Of a DNA stretch of 55,209 nucleotides, positions 37,541 through 46,557 are shown piece by piece. Positions within the stretch are counted from its first letter, which is position 1; each line of letters opens with the position of its first letter. The translations under genes and the position numbers were made by a program. This stretch comes from Hyphomonas sp. Lineage in GTDB: Bacteria; Pseudomonadota; Alphaproteobacteria; Caulobacterales; Hyphomonadaceae. The stretch covers positions 1-55,209 of the forward strand of contig JBKBVT010000001.1 of NCBI GenBank assembly GCA_046289305.1. The letters are read 5' to 3'. Below the pieces are notes generated by a model that was given only the letters and a program-made list of their open reading frames with translations, did no database searches and was not told where the DNA came from.

Positions 37541-37978
37541 ATGATCCGACTGAACCTGACCGCCACGCCGCAGTGGCTGGACCTCGCCCCCGGCCTGCGC
37601 CTGCTGGTCGGCCCGCTGACCACCGCTCTGATGGTGTCCGCACGCGCCGATCCGGCCATCGAAGCCCTGCCGCAAGGTGCCAGCCACGATTCGCTGGCCC
37701 TCGCGATGGCCAAAGCGGTCGCCCGTCGCGCTGTGTTGAATTGGGAAGGTGTGGGCGATGATGCCGGGAATGTCGTGCCCGTCACCCCCGAAGGGATCGA
37801 CGCACTGCTGGAAATCTGGCCGGTCTTCGAGGCCTTCCAGACACAATACGTCGCCAAGGGTTTGATCCTGGACGCGGAAAAAAACGTCTCCGCGCCCTCG
37901 CCGACTGGTCCTTCGGCGGTGGCGACCGGTATTGCGCCGCCTGTGAAGCGCGCTGCGCGGACTGCCCCGCAAGACTGA
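37541..37978 (+). CDS. Tail assembly chaperone (gpG-like)
   Basis: VLNWEGV motif; slippery A AAA AAC at 37879-37885. Confidence 0.8.
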   Translation: MIRLNLTATPQWLDLAPGLRLLVGPLTTALMVSARADPAIEALPQGASHDSLALAMAKAVARRAVLNWEGVGDDAGNVVPVTPEGIDALLEIWPVFEAFQTQYVAKGLILDAEKNVSAPSPTGPSAVATGIAPPVKRAARTAPQD

Positions 37979-38208
37979 ATCGGCCGCAAACGCCAGAAGG
38001 CTGGCAGGTCTGGGATCTGGTCGGCCGCCTTGGGGGCCAGTTGCGGGTCATCCCCGGCGCGGTGCTGGGCTGGGACATGGGAGCGGCCCTCGCGATGGCC
38101 AGTGCCCTCGGGATCGACACCCTTATCGCCGTCGAACTGCTGCCCGAGATCGAGGCGGTGATGGTGCGCAAACTCAACGAGCAGAAGGAAGGAGGCCGCG
38201 ATGGCTGA
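37882..38208 (+). CDS. -1 frameshift extension of the tail chaperone (gpGT-like)
   Basis: The -1 frame is open from the slippery site to the TGA at 38206-38208 (KRLRALADW...CAAC...CADC...LLPEIEAVMV). Confidence 0.75.
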   Translation, partial: KRLRALADWSFGGGDRYCAACEARCADCPARLNRPQTPEGWQVWDLVGRLGGQLRVIPGAVLGWDMGAALAMASALGIDTLIAVELLPEIEAVMVRKLNEQKEGGRDG

Positions 38209-40627
38209 GAAACGGGTCAGTGTCCGCCTCGTCGCGGAAGGCGGCCGTCAGGTGCGTGCGGAGCTCGAAGGCATCGGCGATGCCGGGGCGCGAGGGTTCG
38301 GTCGCCTCTCGACCGAGATGGAACTGGCCAACACCCGGCTGGCCAGTTTTGCCCGCAAGGCCGGGATCGCGCTGGCGGCGGTGACAGTTGCGGCTGCCGC
38401 TGCTGGTGTGGCGATGGTCCGATCTGGATTGGAAACCATCGGCGCGCAAGCCGACATGGCGGCATCGCTGAAAACCACAGTGGAAAGCCTGCAGGTGCTG
38501 ACTTGGGCGGGTGAGCTTGCCGGAGTTTCCATGGGCGAGATCGAACAGGCCACGAAGAAGCTGACCACGCGGTTGTCGGAAGCGGCCGCAGGATCCGGAT
38601 CGGCGGTTGGGGCTTTGCAGCGGCTAAACATGACGGCGGCGCAATTGCAGGCCCTTCCACTCGACCAGCGCATCGTCGCCATTCAGGAAGCCTTGGTCCG
38701 GTTTGTCCCCGAGGCCGAACGCGCCGCCGTGGCATCCGATCTCTTCGGCGACAAGGCGGCGCTGGCATTTCTGCGGATTGACCCCGCCAACTTGCGTGAA
38801 GCGGCGCAGGATGTGCGCGATTTCGGGGTGGCGGTCAGTGCCAGTGATGCAGCCCAGATCGAACGCACCGGCGACGCCATCGCCAAACTCAGCCTGATCT
38901 GGCTGGGCCTGACCAACCGTCTGACGGCCGCCGTCGCCCCGGCGCTGGAAACCATCGCCAATAAGCTGGCCGACATGGCACGCAGCACCGGGCCGATCGG
39001 CATCGCGATCAACGCCGTCTTCGACAACATCAGTCGCCTGACCACCTATGCCGCGACCTTTGCCACGTTGATGGCAGGGCGCTGGGTGGCGGGGCTGGCG
39101 GCTGCAGCTCTGTCCGTTCGCGGCCTTGCAACCGGATTGGTAATCCTGCGCGGCGCGCTGATCCGCACTGGCATCGGCGCGTTGATCGTCGGCGCGGGCG
39201 AGCTGGTGTTCCAGTTCACACGGCTTGTCGCAGGCGCGGGTGGGTTCGGTGCGGCCATTGGCCTTCTGAAGGATCTGGCGCTCGAGGTCTGGGATCGCAT
39301 CGGCCTTGGTGCGGCCTCCGCATGGTCGAAGATCGAGGCCAGTTGGGCCGGGCTGCAAGCCACCATCTATGGCGCGATGCAATCCTCAGTCGAGGCCGTG
39401 ACCAGCTTCGGCAATTCGGCGGCGGGTATCTTCAAGGGTGCGTATGACGCCGTGAAAGCGATCTGGGGTCAGCTGCCCGGTGCCATCGGCGATTTTGCCT
39501 TCCAGGCCGCGAACGGTCTGATCGGTGGCGTCGAGGCCATGCTGAACGGCGTCGTCACGCGGATCAACACCTTCATCAACGGGTTGAACGCGGCACTCGA
39601 CCTCTTGCCCGATTGGGCTGTGGGTGAAGGCGGAGTACGCATCGGCACGCTGGATCCCGTGGCGCTGGGCCGGATCGACAATCCCTTCGCCGGATCTGCC
39701 GCTGCGGCTGGAACTGCCGCCGCTGAAGCCTTCTCGGCCGCGATAGCGCAAACCTATGTCACCACGCCCGATCTGGGCCTGACCGGGATGGCAGAAGAAG
39801 CCACCGCCCGGGCAGAGGCGTATCGCGAGGCTTCTGGCATGCTGGCCGATGCGGCCGCCCGCCCGATGCAAAGCTGGCAGGCGCTGAAGGATGCAGTGGC
39901 CGGGGCCGGTACAGAAGGCGAGGCTGCGCTCGACGGGGCCGCAGAGGCCGCCGACCGGCTGGACGAGTCGATGACGGAAGCCGGGCGCGCCGCTGGTGGG
40001 GCTGGTGCCGCTGCTGCGGCGGGTGCCGAAGTCGCCAAGACCGGATGGGAAGCCGCCTTGGCGACCCTTGCCGACTACGCTGCCAAGGCGCGCGACATTG
40101 GCGGGGATATCGGCAATGCGCTGGTCTCTGCCTTCACCTCGGCCGAAAACGCTGTGGGCGAGTTCGTCAAAACCGGCAAGCTGGATTTCCGCGATCTCAT
40201 CACCTCGATGATCGCCGATCTGGCCAAACTGGCGGCACGACGCTTCATGCTCGGCCCGATTGCCAATGCGCTGTCGGGGGCGCTAAGCGGCGCGGGTGGC
40301 ATCTTTGCCAACATTCTCCACGCGGGCGGCATGGTCGGGTCAACGGGCCCGGGCCGCGTGGTCCCAGCACTGGCTTTCGCCAATGCCCCTCGGATGCATT
40401 CGGGCGGCTGGGCCGGGATAAAGCCCGACGAGGTTCCGGCGATCCTGCAGCGGGGAGAACGGGTTCTGTCGCGCCGCGAGACCGCTGGCTATGGCCAGGG
40501 ACAGTCCTCTGCGCCTGCTGTCAACGTCACCATCATGGCGCGTGACGCCGAAAGCTTCCGGCAATCGCGCACGCAAGTCGCCGCCGACATTGCCCGGGCC
40601 GTGTCGCTGGGGCGGAGGGGCATGTGA
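38201..40627 (+). CDS. Tail tape measure protein
   Basis: 808 aa, Ala/Gly-rich and helical; C-terminal DEVPAILQRGERVL. Confidence 0.9.
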   Translation: MAEKRVSVRLVAEGGRQVRAELEGIGDAGARGFGRLSTEMELANTRLASFARKAGIALAAVTVAAAAAGVAMVRSGLETIGAQADMAASLKTTVESLQVLTWAGELAGVSMGEIEQATKKLTTRLSEAAAGSGSAVGALQRLNMTAAQLQALPLDQRIVAIQEALVRFVPEAERAAVASDLFGDKAALAFLRIDPANLREAAQDVRDFGVAVSASDAAQIERTGDAIAKLSLIWLGLTNRLTAAVAPALETIANKLADMARSTGPIGIAINAVFDNISRLTTYAATFATLMAGRWVAGLAAAALSVRGLATGLVILRGALIRTGIGALIVGAGELVFQFTRLVAGAGGFGAAIGLLKDLALEVWDRIGLGAASAWSKIEASWAGLQATIYGAMQSSVEAVTSFGNSAAGIFKGAYDAVKAIWGQLPGAIGDFAFQAANGLIGGVEAMLNGVVTRINTFINGLNAALDLLPDWAVGEGGVRIGTLDPVALGRIDNPFAGSAAAAGTAAAEAFSAAIAQTYVTTPDLGLTGMAEEATARAEAYREASGMLADAAARPMQSWQALKDAVAGAGTEGEAALDGAAEAADRLDESMTEAGRAAGGAGAAAAAGAEVAKTGWEAALATLADYAAKARDIGGDIGNALVSAFTSAENAVGEFVKTGKLDFRDLITSMIADLAKLAARRFMLGPIANALSGALSGAGGIFANILHAGGMVGSTGPGRVVPALAFANAPRMHSGGWAGIKPDEVPAILQRGERVLSRRETAGYGQGQSSAPAVNVTIMARDAESFRQSRTQVAADIARAVSLGRRGM

Positions 40628-41253
40628 TGGCGTTCCATGAAGTCAGGTTCCCGGACAACATCAGCCGCGGGGCGCGGGGCGGACCAGAACGGCGCACGCA
40701 GGTGGTGGAGCTGGCGAGTGGCGACGAAGAGCGTAATGCCAGCTGGGCCAATTCGCGCCGCCGCTATGACGTCGCCTATGGCATTCGCCGAGCCGATGAT
40801 CTGGCGGCAGTCGTCGCCTTCTTCGAGGCGCGCAACGGCCGCTTGCACGGCTTCCGCTACAAGGATTGGGCCGACTATAAATCTGCCCTGCCGTCGCAGG
40901 CAATCACCGCGACCGACCACCAGATCGGCACCGGGACCGGCAGCCTGCAAACCTTCCAGCTGGCGAAACGCTACACATCCGGTGCGCAGACCTGGGTGCG
41001 GACCATCGCCAAGCCCGTCGCCGGAACCGTCCGCGTCGCGCTGGGCATGGTTGAACAGATGTCAGGCTGGACGTTGGATGCGACGACCGGCGTCATCACC
41101 TTCACCACTGCCCCAGCTGGCGGCGTCATCGTCCGCGCAGGTTTCGAATTCGATGTGCCGGTGCGCTTCGACAGCGACACCCTCGACGTGACCCTCGACT
41201 TTGAACGGCTGGGATCGATCACCTCCATCCCGCTTCTGGAGATCCGGAGATGA
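40627..41253 (+). CDS. RcGTA-like distal tail protein (DUF2460)
   Basis: FHEVRFP, GGPERRT, FFEARNG, FDVPVRFD. Confidence 0.9.
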   Translation: MAFHEVRFPDNISRGARGGPERRTQVVELASGDEERNASWANSRRRYDVAYGIRRADDLAAVVAFFEARNGRLHGFRYKDWADYKSALPSQAITATDHQIGTGTGSLQTFQLAKRYTSGAQTWVRTIAKPVAGTVRVALGMVEQMSGWTLDATTGVITFTTAPAGGVIVRAGFEFDVPVRFDSDTLDVTLDFERLGSITSIPLLEIRR

Positions 41254-42134
41254 AAAACCTCTCACCCGCGCTGCAGGCCCATCTCGATGACGGCACCACC
41301 ACCCTGTCCTGGTGCTGGCGGATTTCGCGCAACGATGGTGTGGCGTTGGGCTTCACCGATCATGACCGGGCCCTCAGCTTCGATGGCACCGCGTTTGAAC
41401 CTGAAAGTGGGTTCGCTGCCTCGGAAATCCGTGCCGGGTCCGACCTGGCGGTTGATGCCCAAGACGCGACCGGCGTACTGACCTCCGACCGGATCACGGA
41501 AACCGACATCCTCGACGGGCGGTGGGACAATGCGGCGGTCGAGCTGTGGCGGGTGAATTGGGCCGACACCAGCCAGCGCGTACTGCTGCGCCGGGGTGCT
41601 GTCGGGCAAATTCGGCGAGGGCGGATGGCCTTTGTCGCCGAGGTGCGCAGCCTCGCGCATGTCCTCGGCCAGACTGTCGGGCGCACGTTTCAGGCGGGGT
41701 GCGATGCCCGTTTGGGGGATGCGCGCTGCGGGATCGATCTGGAAAACAGCATCTACAAGGGCACGGGTGTCGTGACGGACCTGTTGCGCGACCGGGCGTT
41801 CATGGCCTCGGGCCTTGCTGGATTTGATCCGGGCTGGTTCACGTCTGGCACCTTGACCTGGACCAGCGGGGCGAATGCCGGTCGAATCACCGAGGTCCTG
41901 TCTCATGGCTTGGCCGATGCCATCGCCACAATGACTCTGCTGGAAGCACCGGTGCGCGCCATCGCCGAAGGCGACAGCTTTGTCGCGCGGGCGGGCTGCG
42001 ACAAGAGAATCGCGATCTGCAGCGCCAAGTTCGCGAATGTCGCCAACTTCCGGGGCTTTCCCAACATCCCAGGCCAGGATGCGGTCCTGCGCTATGCCAG
42101 CCAGGACGGCGGCCATGAAGGGAACGTGCTTTGA
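41250..42134 (+). CDS. RcGTA-like baseplate hub protein (DUF2163)
   Basis: GFTDHDR, CDARLGDARC, GCDK...C...NFRGFP. Confidence 0.9.
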   Translation: MKNLSPALQAHLDDGTTTLSWCWRISRNDGVALGFTDHDRALSFDGTAFEPESGFAASEIRAGSDLAVDAQDATGVLTSDRITETDILDGRWDNAAVELWRVNWADTSQRVLLRRGAVGQIRRGRMAFVAEVRSLAHVLGQTVGRTFQAGCDARLGDARCGIDLENSIYKGTGVVTDLLRDRAFMASGLAGFDPGWFTSGTLTWTSGANAGRITEVLSHGLADAIATMTLLEAPVRAIAEGDSFVARAGCDKRIAICSAKFANVANFRGFPNIPGQDAVLRYASQDGGHEGNVL

Positions 42135-42565
42135 CTTCTGCTGATCCCTCACTCGTCGTCGCTACCGCGCGGTCGTGGCTCGGCACGCCCTACCACGATC
42201 AGGCCAGCCTGCGCGGTGTCGGCTGCGATTGCCTTGGACTGGCGCGCGGCGTCTGGCGCGAGGTGGTGGGCGACGAGCCGTTCCCCATTCCGCCCTACAG
42301 CAGGGATTGGGGTGAGACCGGCCCGCGAGAGGTCCTGGCCGAGGGTGCGCGCCAGATGATGCCAGAAATCCTGCCCGCTGAGGCCGGGCCCGGCACGCTG
42401 ATCCTGTTCCGGATGGCACCGCGCGCCATCGCCAAGCATGTCGGGATCCTGACCAAACCCGACAGTTTCATCCACGCCTATGAACGGCTGGGCGTGGTCG
42501 AAGAAACCCTGACCCCGATATGGGCGCGCAAGATCGCCTTCGCCTTCCTGTTCCCCAGAGATTGA
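42131..42565 (+). CDS. NlpC/P60 cell-wall peptidase (RcGTA-like)
   Basis: WLGTPYHDQ, GCDCLGL, KHVGI, FIHAY. Confidence 0.9.
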   Translation: MTSADPSLVVATARSWLGTPYHDQASLRGVGCDCLGLARGVWREVVGDEPFPIPPYSRDWGETGPREVLAEGARQMMPEILPAEAGPGTLILFRMAPRAIAKHVGILTKPDSFIHAYERLGVVEETLTPIWARKIAFAFLFPRD

Positions 42566-42575
42566 GACCCCACAC

Positions 42576-45500
42576 ATGGCAACTTTGGTTCTCGGCGCCG
42601 TCGGCTCCGCGATTGGCGGCGCATTTGGCGGTGCCATCCTCGGCTTTTCCGGTGCGGCCATCGGCGGCTTCATTGGCTCGACCATAGGGTCGGTGGTCGA
42701 CAACTGGATCGTGTCGTCCCTCGCCCCGGCACAGCGCATCGAGGGCGCGCGGCTGGACAGTTTGCGCATCACCTCTTCGACCGAAGGCGCGGTGATCCCG
42801 CGCCTGTTCGGCCGGATGCGGATCGGTGGCAATATCATCTGGGCCACCGATTTCCGCGAAGAGGTCAACACCACCAGCCAGGGCGGCGGTAAGGGAAGCG
42901 GACCCAAGGTCACGACCACCGAATATTTGTACTACGCCAGCTTCGCGGTAGCGCTGTGCGAAGGCGAGATCACCGGCATTGGGAGGGTCTGGGCCGACGG
43001 CAAGGCCATGGACATGACCGGCGCCACCTGGCGCTGGTATCCCGGCAATGAGGTGCAGACCCCCGATCCGTTCATCTCGGCAAAGATGGGTGCAGCCAAC
43101 ACCCCAGCATATCGCGGCACGGCCTATGTCGTGTTCGAAGAGCTGAACCTCAGCGCTTTCGGCAATCGCCTGCCGCAGATCAGCTTCGAGGTGTTTCGCC
43201 CGCTGGCGGATGCCGACACTGCCGAGGGGTTGGTGAAGGCCGTGACGATGATCCCGGCCTCGGGCGAGTTCACCTACGCGACCGCGCCAGTCAAGAAGAC
43301 CACCGGTTCCGGTGGCACGACCGTGGCCGAGAACCTGAACGCAATCACCGACACCGCTGACATCGTGGTGGCGCTGGACCGGCTGCAGTCGCTCGCTCCG
43401 GCTGTGGAAAGCGTCAGCCTCGTCGTGGCATGGTTCGGCGATGACCTGCGCGCCGGGGACTGCAAGGTGCGGCCTGGCGTCGAGGTGGCGGCCAAGACCA
43501 CTACGCCTTCGGCTTGGGTCGTGAACGGCGTTGCACGCGCCGATGCGTTTCTGGTCAGCCGCGATGTCGAGGACCGTCCCGTCTATGGTGGCACGCCTGC
43601 TGACTTCGCAGTGGTGCAGGCCATCCAGGAGATGAAGGCGCGCGGGCTGCGCGTGACTTTCTATCCCTTCCTGCTGCTGGATGTGCCGCCCGGGAACACC
43701 AAGCCCAATCCCTACAGCGCCAATGCCGCCACCGCTGGCCAGCCCACATTCCCGTGGCGCGGCCGGATCACCTGTTCCCCAGCGGCTGGCTTTTCGGGTT
43801 CGGTGGACAAGACCCCCACCGCTGTCACGCAGGTTTCGGCTCTGTTCGGCACGGCGACGCCCGCCAACTTCAGTGTGTCAGGCGCCACTGTCAGCTGGAC
43901 CGGTCCTGTCGGCGAATGGTCGCTGCGCCGGATGATCCTGCACTATGCGCATCTGTGCAAAGCAGCAGGCGGCGTCGACGCCTTCCTGATCGGATCGGAA
44001 ATGCCCGGCCTGACCACGATCCGTTCCAGTGCCAGCACTTATCCCGCCGTCACTGCCTTCAAGTCCCTCGCCGCGGATGTGCGCGCGATCCTCGGCGCTG
44101 GGCCCAAGATCGGCTATGCCGCTGACTGGTCGGAATACTTCGGTCACCATCCTGCCGACGGCAGCGGCGATGTCTTCTTCCATCTCGATCCGCTCTGGTC
44201 AGACGCAAACATTAACTTCATCGGCATCGATAAGTACATGCCGCTGTCGGACTGGCGCGACGGACTCGATCACGCTGACGCCGCGCTGGCGCCTTCAATC
44301 TATGACCGGAACTACCTGCAATCCAACATCACGGGTGGCGAAGGCTTCGACTGGTTCTATGCCAGCGCCCTTGATCGAACCGCGCAGAACCGGACGCCGA
44401 TCACCGACGGCAGTGTCGGCAAACCATGGGTGTTCCGCTTCAAGGATTTACGCGCCTGGTGGCAAAACCCGCATTTCAACCGTCCGGGCGGGGTGGAGAG
44501 CGGCACGCCGACGGCATGGGTGCCGCAGGCGAAGCCCGTCTGGTTCACCGAACTGGGTTGCCCCGCGATTGATCGCGGCACCAACCAGCCCAACGTGTTC
44601 TTCGATCCAAAATCATCGGAAAGCTTCACGCCCTACTTTTCACGGGGCTGGAGGGACGACGCCATCCAGCGCGCCTATCTCGAGGCGACCTATCTTTGGT
44701 GGGGTCAGGACGCCAACAATCCAACCTCGGCCATCTACGGCAGTCGAATGGTGCATGTCCCCGAATGCGCCGCTTGGACTTGGGATGCCCGGCCCTATCC
44801 GTTCTTTCCGGAACTGACCGATGTCTGGACCGACGGCCCGAACTGGCGGCTGGGCCACTGGCTGACCGGGCGGCTCGGCGCGGTGTCGCTGGCGGCGCTG
44901 GTGCGGCACCTCTGCTTGCGTGCCGGAATGCCCGAGGAATTGATCGACGTCTCCGGCCTCTGGGGCGCAGTCGAGGGGTATGTGATCTCCGCGCTGGAAG
45001 CCCCGCGTGCCTCGATTTCCACGCTGGCCCGGCATTTCGGTTTCGATGCTGTGGAGAGCGAGGGCCGGATCAAGTTCCTGATGCGGGGCCGGATTGCCGG
45101 TCTGACCATCACACCGGACGGAATGGTCGCCTCATCGTCCGCGCAAGGCGACGTAATGGAATTGACCCGGGCGCAAGAAACAGAGTTGCCGCAGGCGCTA
45201 AAATGGCAGGTCGCGCGGGCTGATGAGGATTATGACGCAGCCCAAGTGGAAGCACGCCGCATCACCGTCGACACGACGCGCATCGCCTCGGAAAGCTTCC
45301 CGATGGCAATCCCGCCCGAGGAGGCCGAACGCCGCTGCCGTCGCGCGTTGATGGAAGCTTGGGTGGGGCGCGAAAGCGCCGTGTTCCGACTGCCACCCTC
45401 ACATCTGGCGCTGGATCCCTGCGATGTGATCCTGCTCGACCACGATGGCCGCCTGACGGAAATGCGCCTGGTGTCCATCGCGGACTCCGACCTGCGCAGC

Positions 45501-46547
45501 ATCGATGCTGTGCGTCAGGACAGGGCGGTCTATGATCTACCGCCCGGAGAGCCACGACCGGCGTCCCTGTCGACCCCGACCGTGTTCGGCGCACCCGATG
45601 TGGTGTTGCTGGACCTGCCGCAGTTGCGCGAGGATCAGCCTGCGCATCGGCCCATTGCCGCGGCGCACGCCAAACCATGGCCCGGCGAAATCGCCGTCTA
45701 CCGCAGCGCCGCGACGGATGGCTTTGCCCTGCTGACAACCTTCAGTTCGCGGGCGCGCATGGGCGTGCTGGCGGCCAACTTCTATGCGGGGCCAATGTCA
45801 CGCTTCGATCTGGGCAATGCACTGGTAGTCGATCTTTATTCCGGCACGCTGGAAAGCGTCACAGACATCACCCTGCTGGGTGGTGCCAACGCGCTGGCCG
45901 TGGAAACCGGTGCTGGGCAATGGGAAATCGTCCAGGCCGGGACGGCCGAACTGATCGCGCCGGGGAGATACCGGCTGACCCGATTGCTGCGCGGCCAGCG
46001 TGGGACCGAATGGGCGATGGTCAGCATGGTGCCGACCGGCGCACGGTTGGTTGTACTGGACACGGCCGTGGTCCCCTTGCCCATCAGCGAGGCCGATCTG
46101 GGTCTACCGTGGAACTGGCGCATCGGCCCGGCCTCAAAGCCTGTCAGCGACGAGACCTTTGTTGCCACCACCTTCACGCCCGAGGGCGCTGGGTTGCGGC
46201 CATTCTCTGTCGGCCATGTCGAACAGCCGTGGCGCATCGCCCGCAGCCCCGGCGATCTGACGATCCGATGGACGCGCAGGTCACGCTCCTTGGCCGCCGA
46301 CACGTGGGGCGCGGGAGATGTGCCCTTGGCCGAAGACAGCGAAGCCTATGAGGTGGAAATCCGTGATGGCAGCACCGTCAAGCGCACGCTGATCACGACA
46401 ACAACCAGCGCCCTCTACACCGCCGCCCAGCAGGTCGTTGATTGGGGCGCGCTGCTTGGCCCCGGCCAATCCCTCGCCATCCGCATCTACCAGCTCTCTG
46501 CCTTGATCGGCCGGGGCGCTGGCCGATCCGTCACGCTCACCTTCTGA
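42576..46547 (+). CDS. Baseplate multidomain protein (megatron, GTA TIM-barrel)
   Basis: 1323 aa; PAYRGTAY, YAADWSEY, WFTELGCP, WTWDARP, LLRGQRGTE. Confidence 0.9.
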   Translation: MATLVLGAVGSAIGGAFGGAILGFSGAAIGGFIGSTIGSVVDNWIVSSLAPAQRIEGARLDSLRITSSTEGAVIPRLFGRMRIGGNIIWATDFREEVNTTSQGGGKGSGPKVTTTEYLYYASFAVALCEGEITGIGRVWADGKAMDMTGATWRWYPGNEVQTPDPFISAKMGAANTPAYRGTAYVVFEELNLSAFGNRLPQISFEVFRPLADADTAEGLVKAVTMIPASGEFTYATAPVKKTTGSGGTTVAENLNAITDTADIVVALDRLQSLAPAVESVSLVVAWFGDDLRAGDCKVRPGVEVAAKTTTPSAWVVNGVARADAFLVSRDVEDRPVYGGTPADFAVVQAIQEMKARGLRVTFYPFLLLDVPPGNTKPNPYSANAATAGQPTFPWRGRITCSPAAGFSGSVDKTPTAVTQVSALFGTATPANFSVSGATVSWTGPVGEWSLRRMILHYAHLCKAAGGVDAFLIGSEMPGLTTIRSSASTYPAVTAFKSLAADVRAILGAGPKIGYAADWSEYFGHHPADGSGDVFFHLDPLWSDANINFIGIDKYMPLSDWRDGLDHADAALAPSIYDRNYLQSNITGGEGFDWFYASALDRTAQNRTPITDGSVGKPWVFRFKDLRAWWQNPHFNRPGGVESGTPTAWVPQAKPVWFTELGCPAIDRGTNQPNVFFDPKSSESFTPYFSRGWRDDAIQRAYLEATYLWWGQDANNPTSAIYGSRMVHVPECAAWTWDARPYPFFPELTDVWTDGPNWRLGHWLTGRLGAVSLAALVRHLCLRAGMPEELIDVSGLWGAVEGYVISALEAPRASISTLARHFGFDAVESEGRIKFLMRGRIAGLTITPDGMVASSSAQGDVMELTRAQETELPQALKWQVARADEDYDAAQVEARRITVDTTRIASESFPMAIPPEEAERRCRRALMEAWVGRESAVFRLPPSHLALDPCDVILLDHDGRLTEMRLVSIADSDLRSIDAVRQDRAVYDLPPGEPRPASLSTPTVFGAPDVVLLDLPQLREDQPAHRPIAAAHAKPWPGEIAVYRSAATDGFALLTTFSSRARMGVLAANFYAGPMSRFDLGNALVVDLYSGTLESVTDITLLGGANALAVETGAGQWEIVQAGTAELIAPGRYRLTRLLRGQRGTEWAMVSMVPTGARLVVLDTAVVPLPISEADLGLPWNWRIGPASKPVSDETFVATTFTPEGAGLRPFSVGHVEQPWRIARSPGDLTIRWTRRSRSLAADTWGAGDVPLAEDSEAYEVEIRDGSTVKRTLITTTTSALYTAAQQVVDWGALLGPGQSLAIRIYQLSALIGRGAGRSVTLTF

Positions 46548-46557
46548 AAGCGCAATC

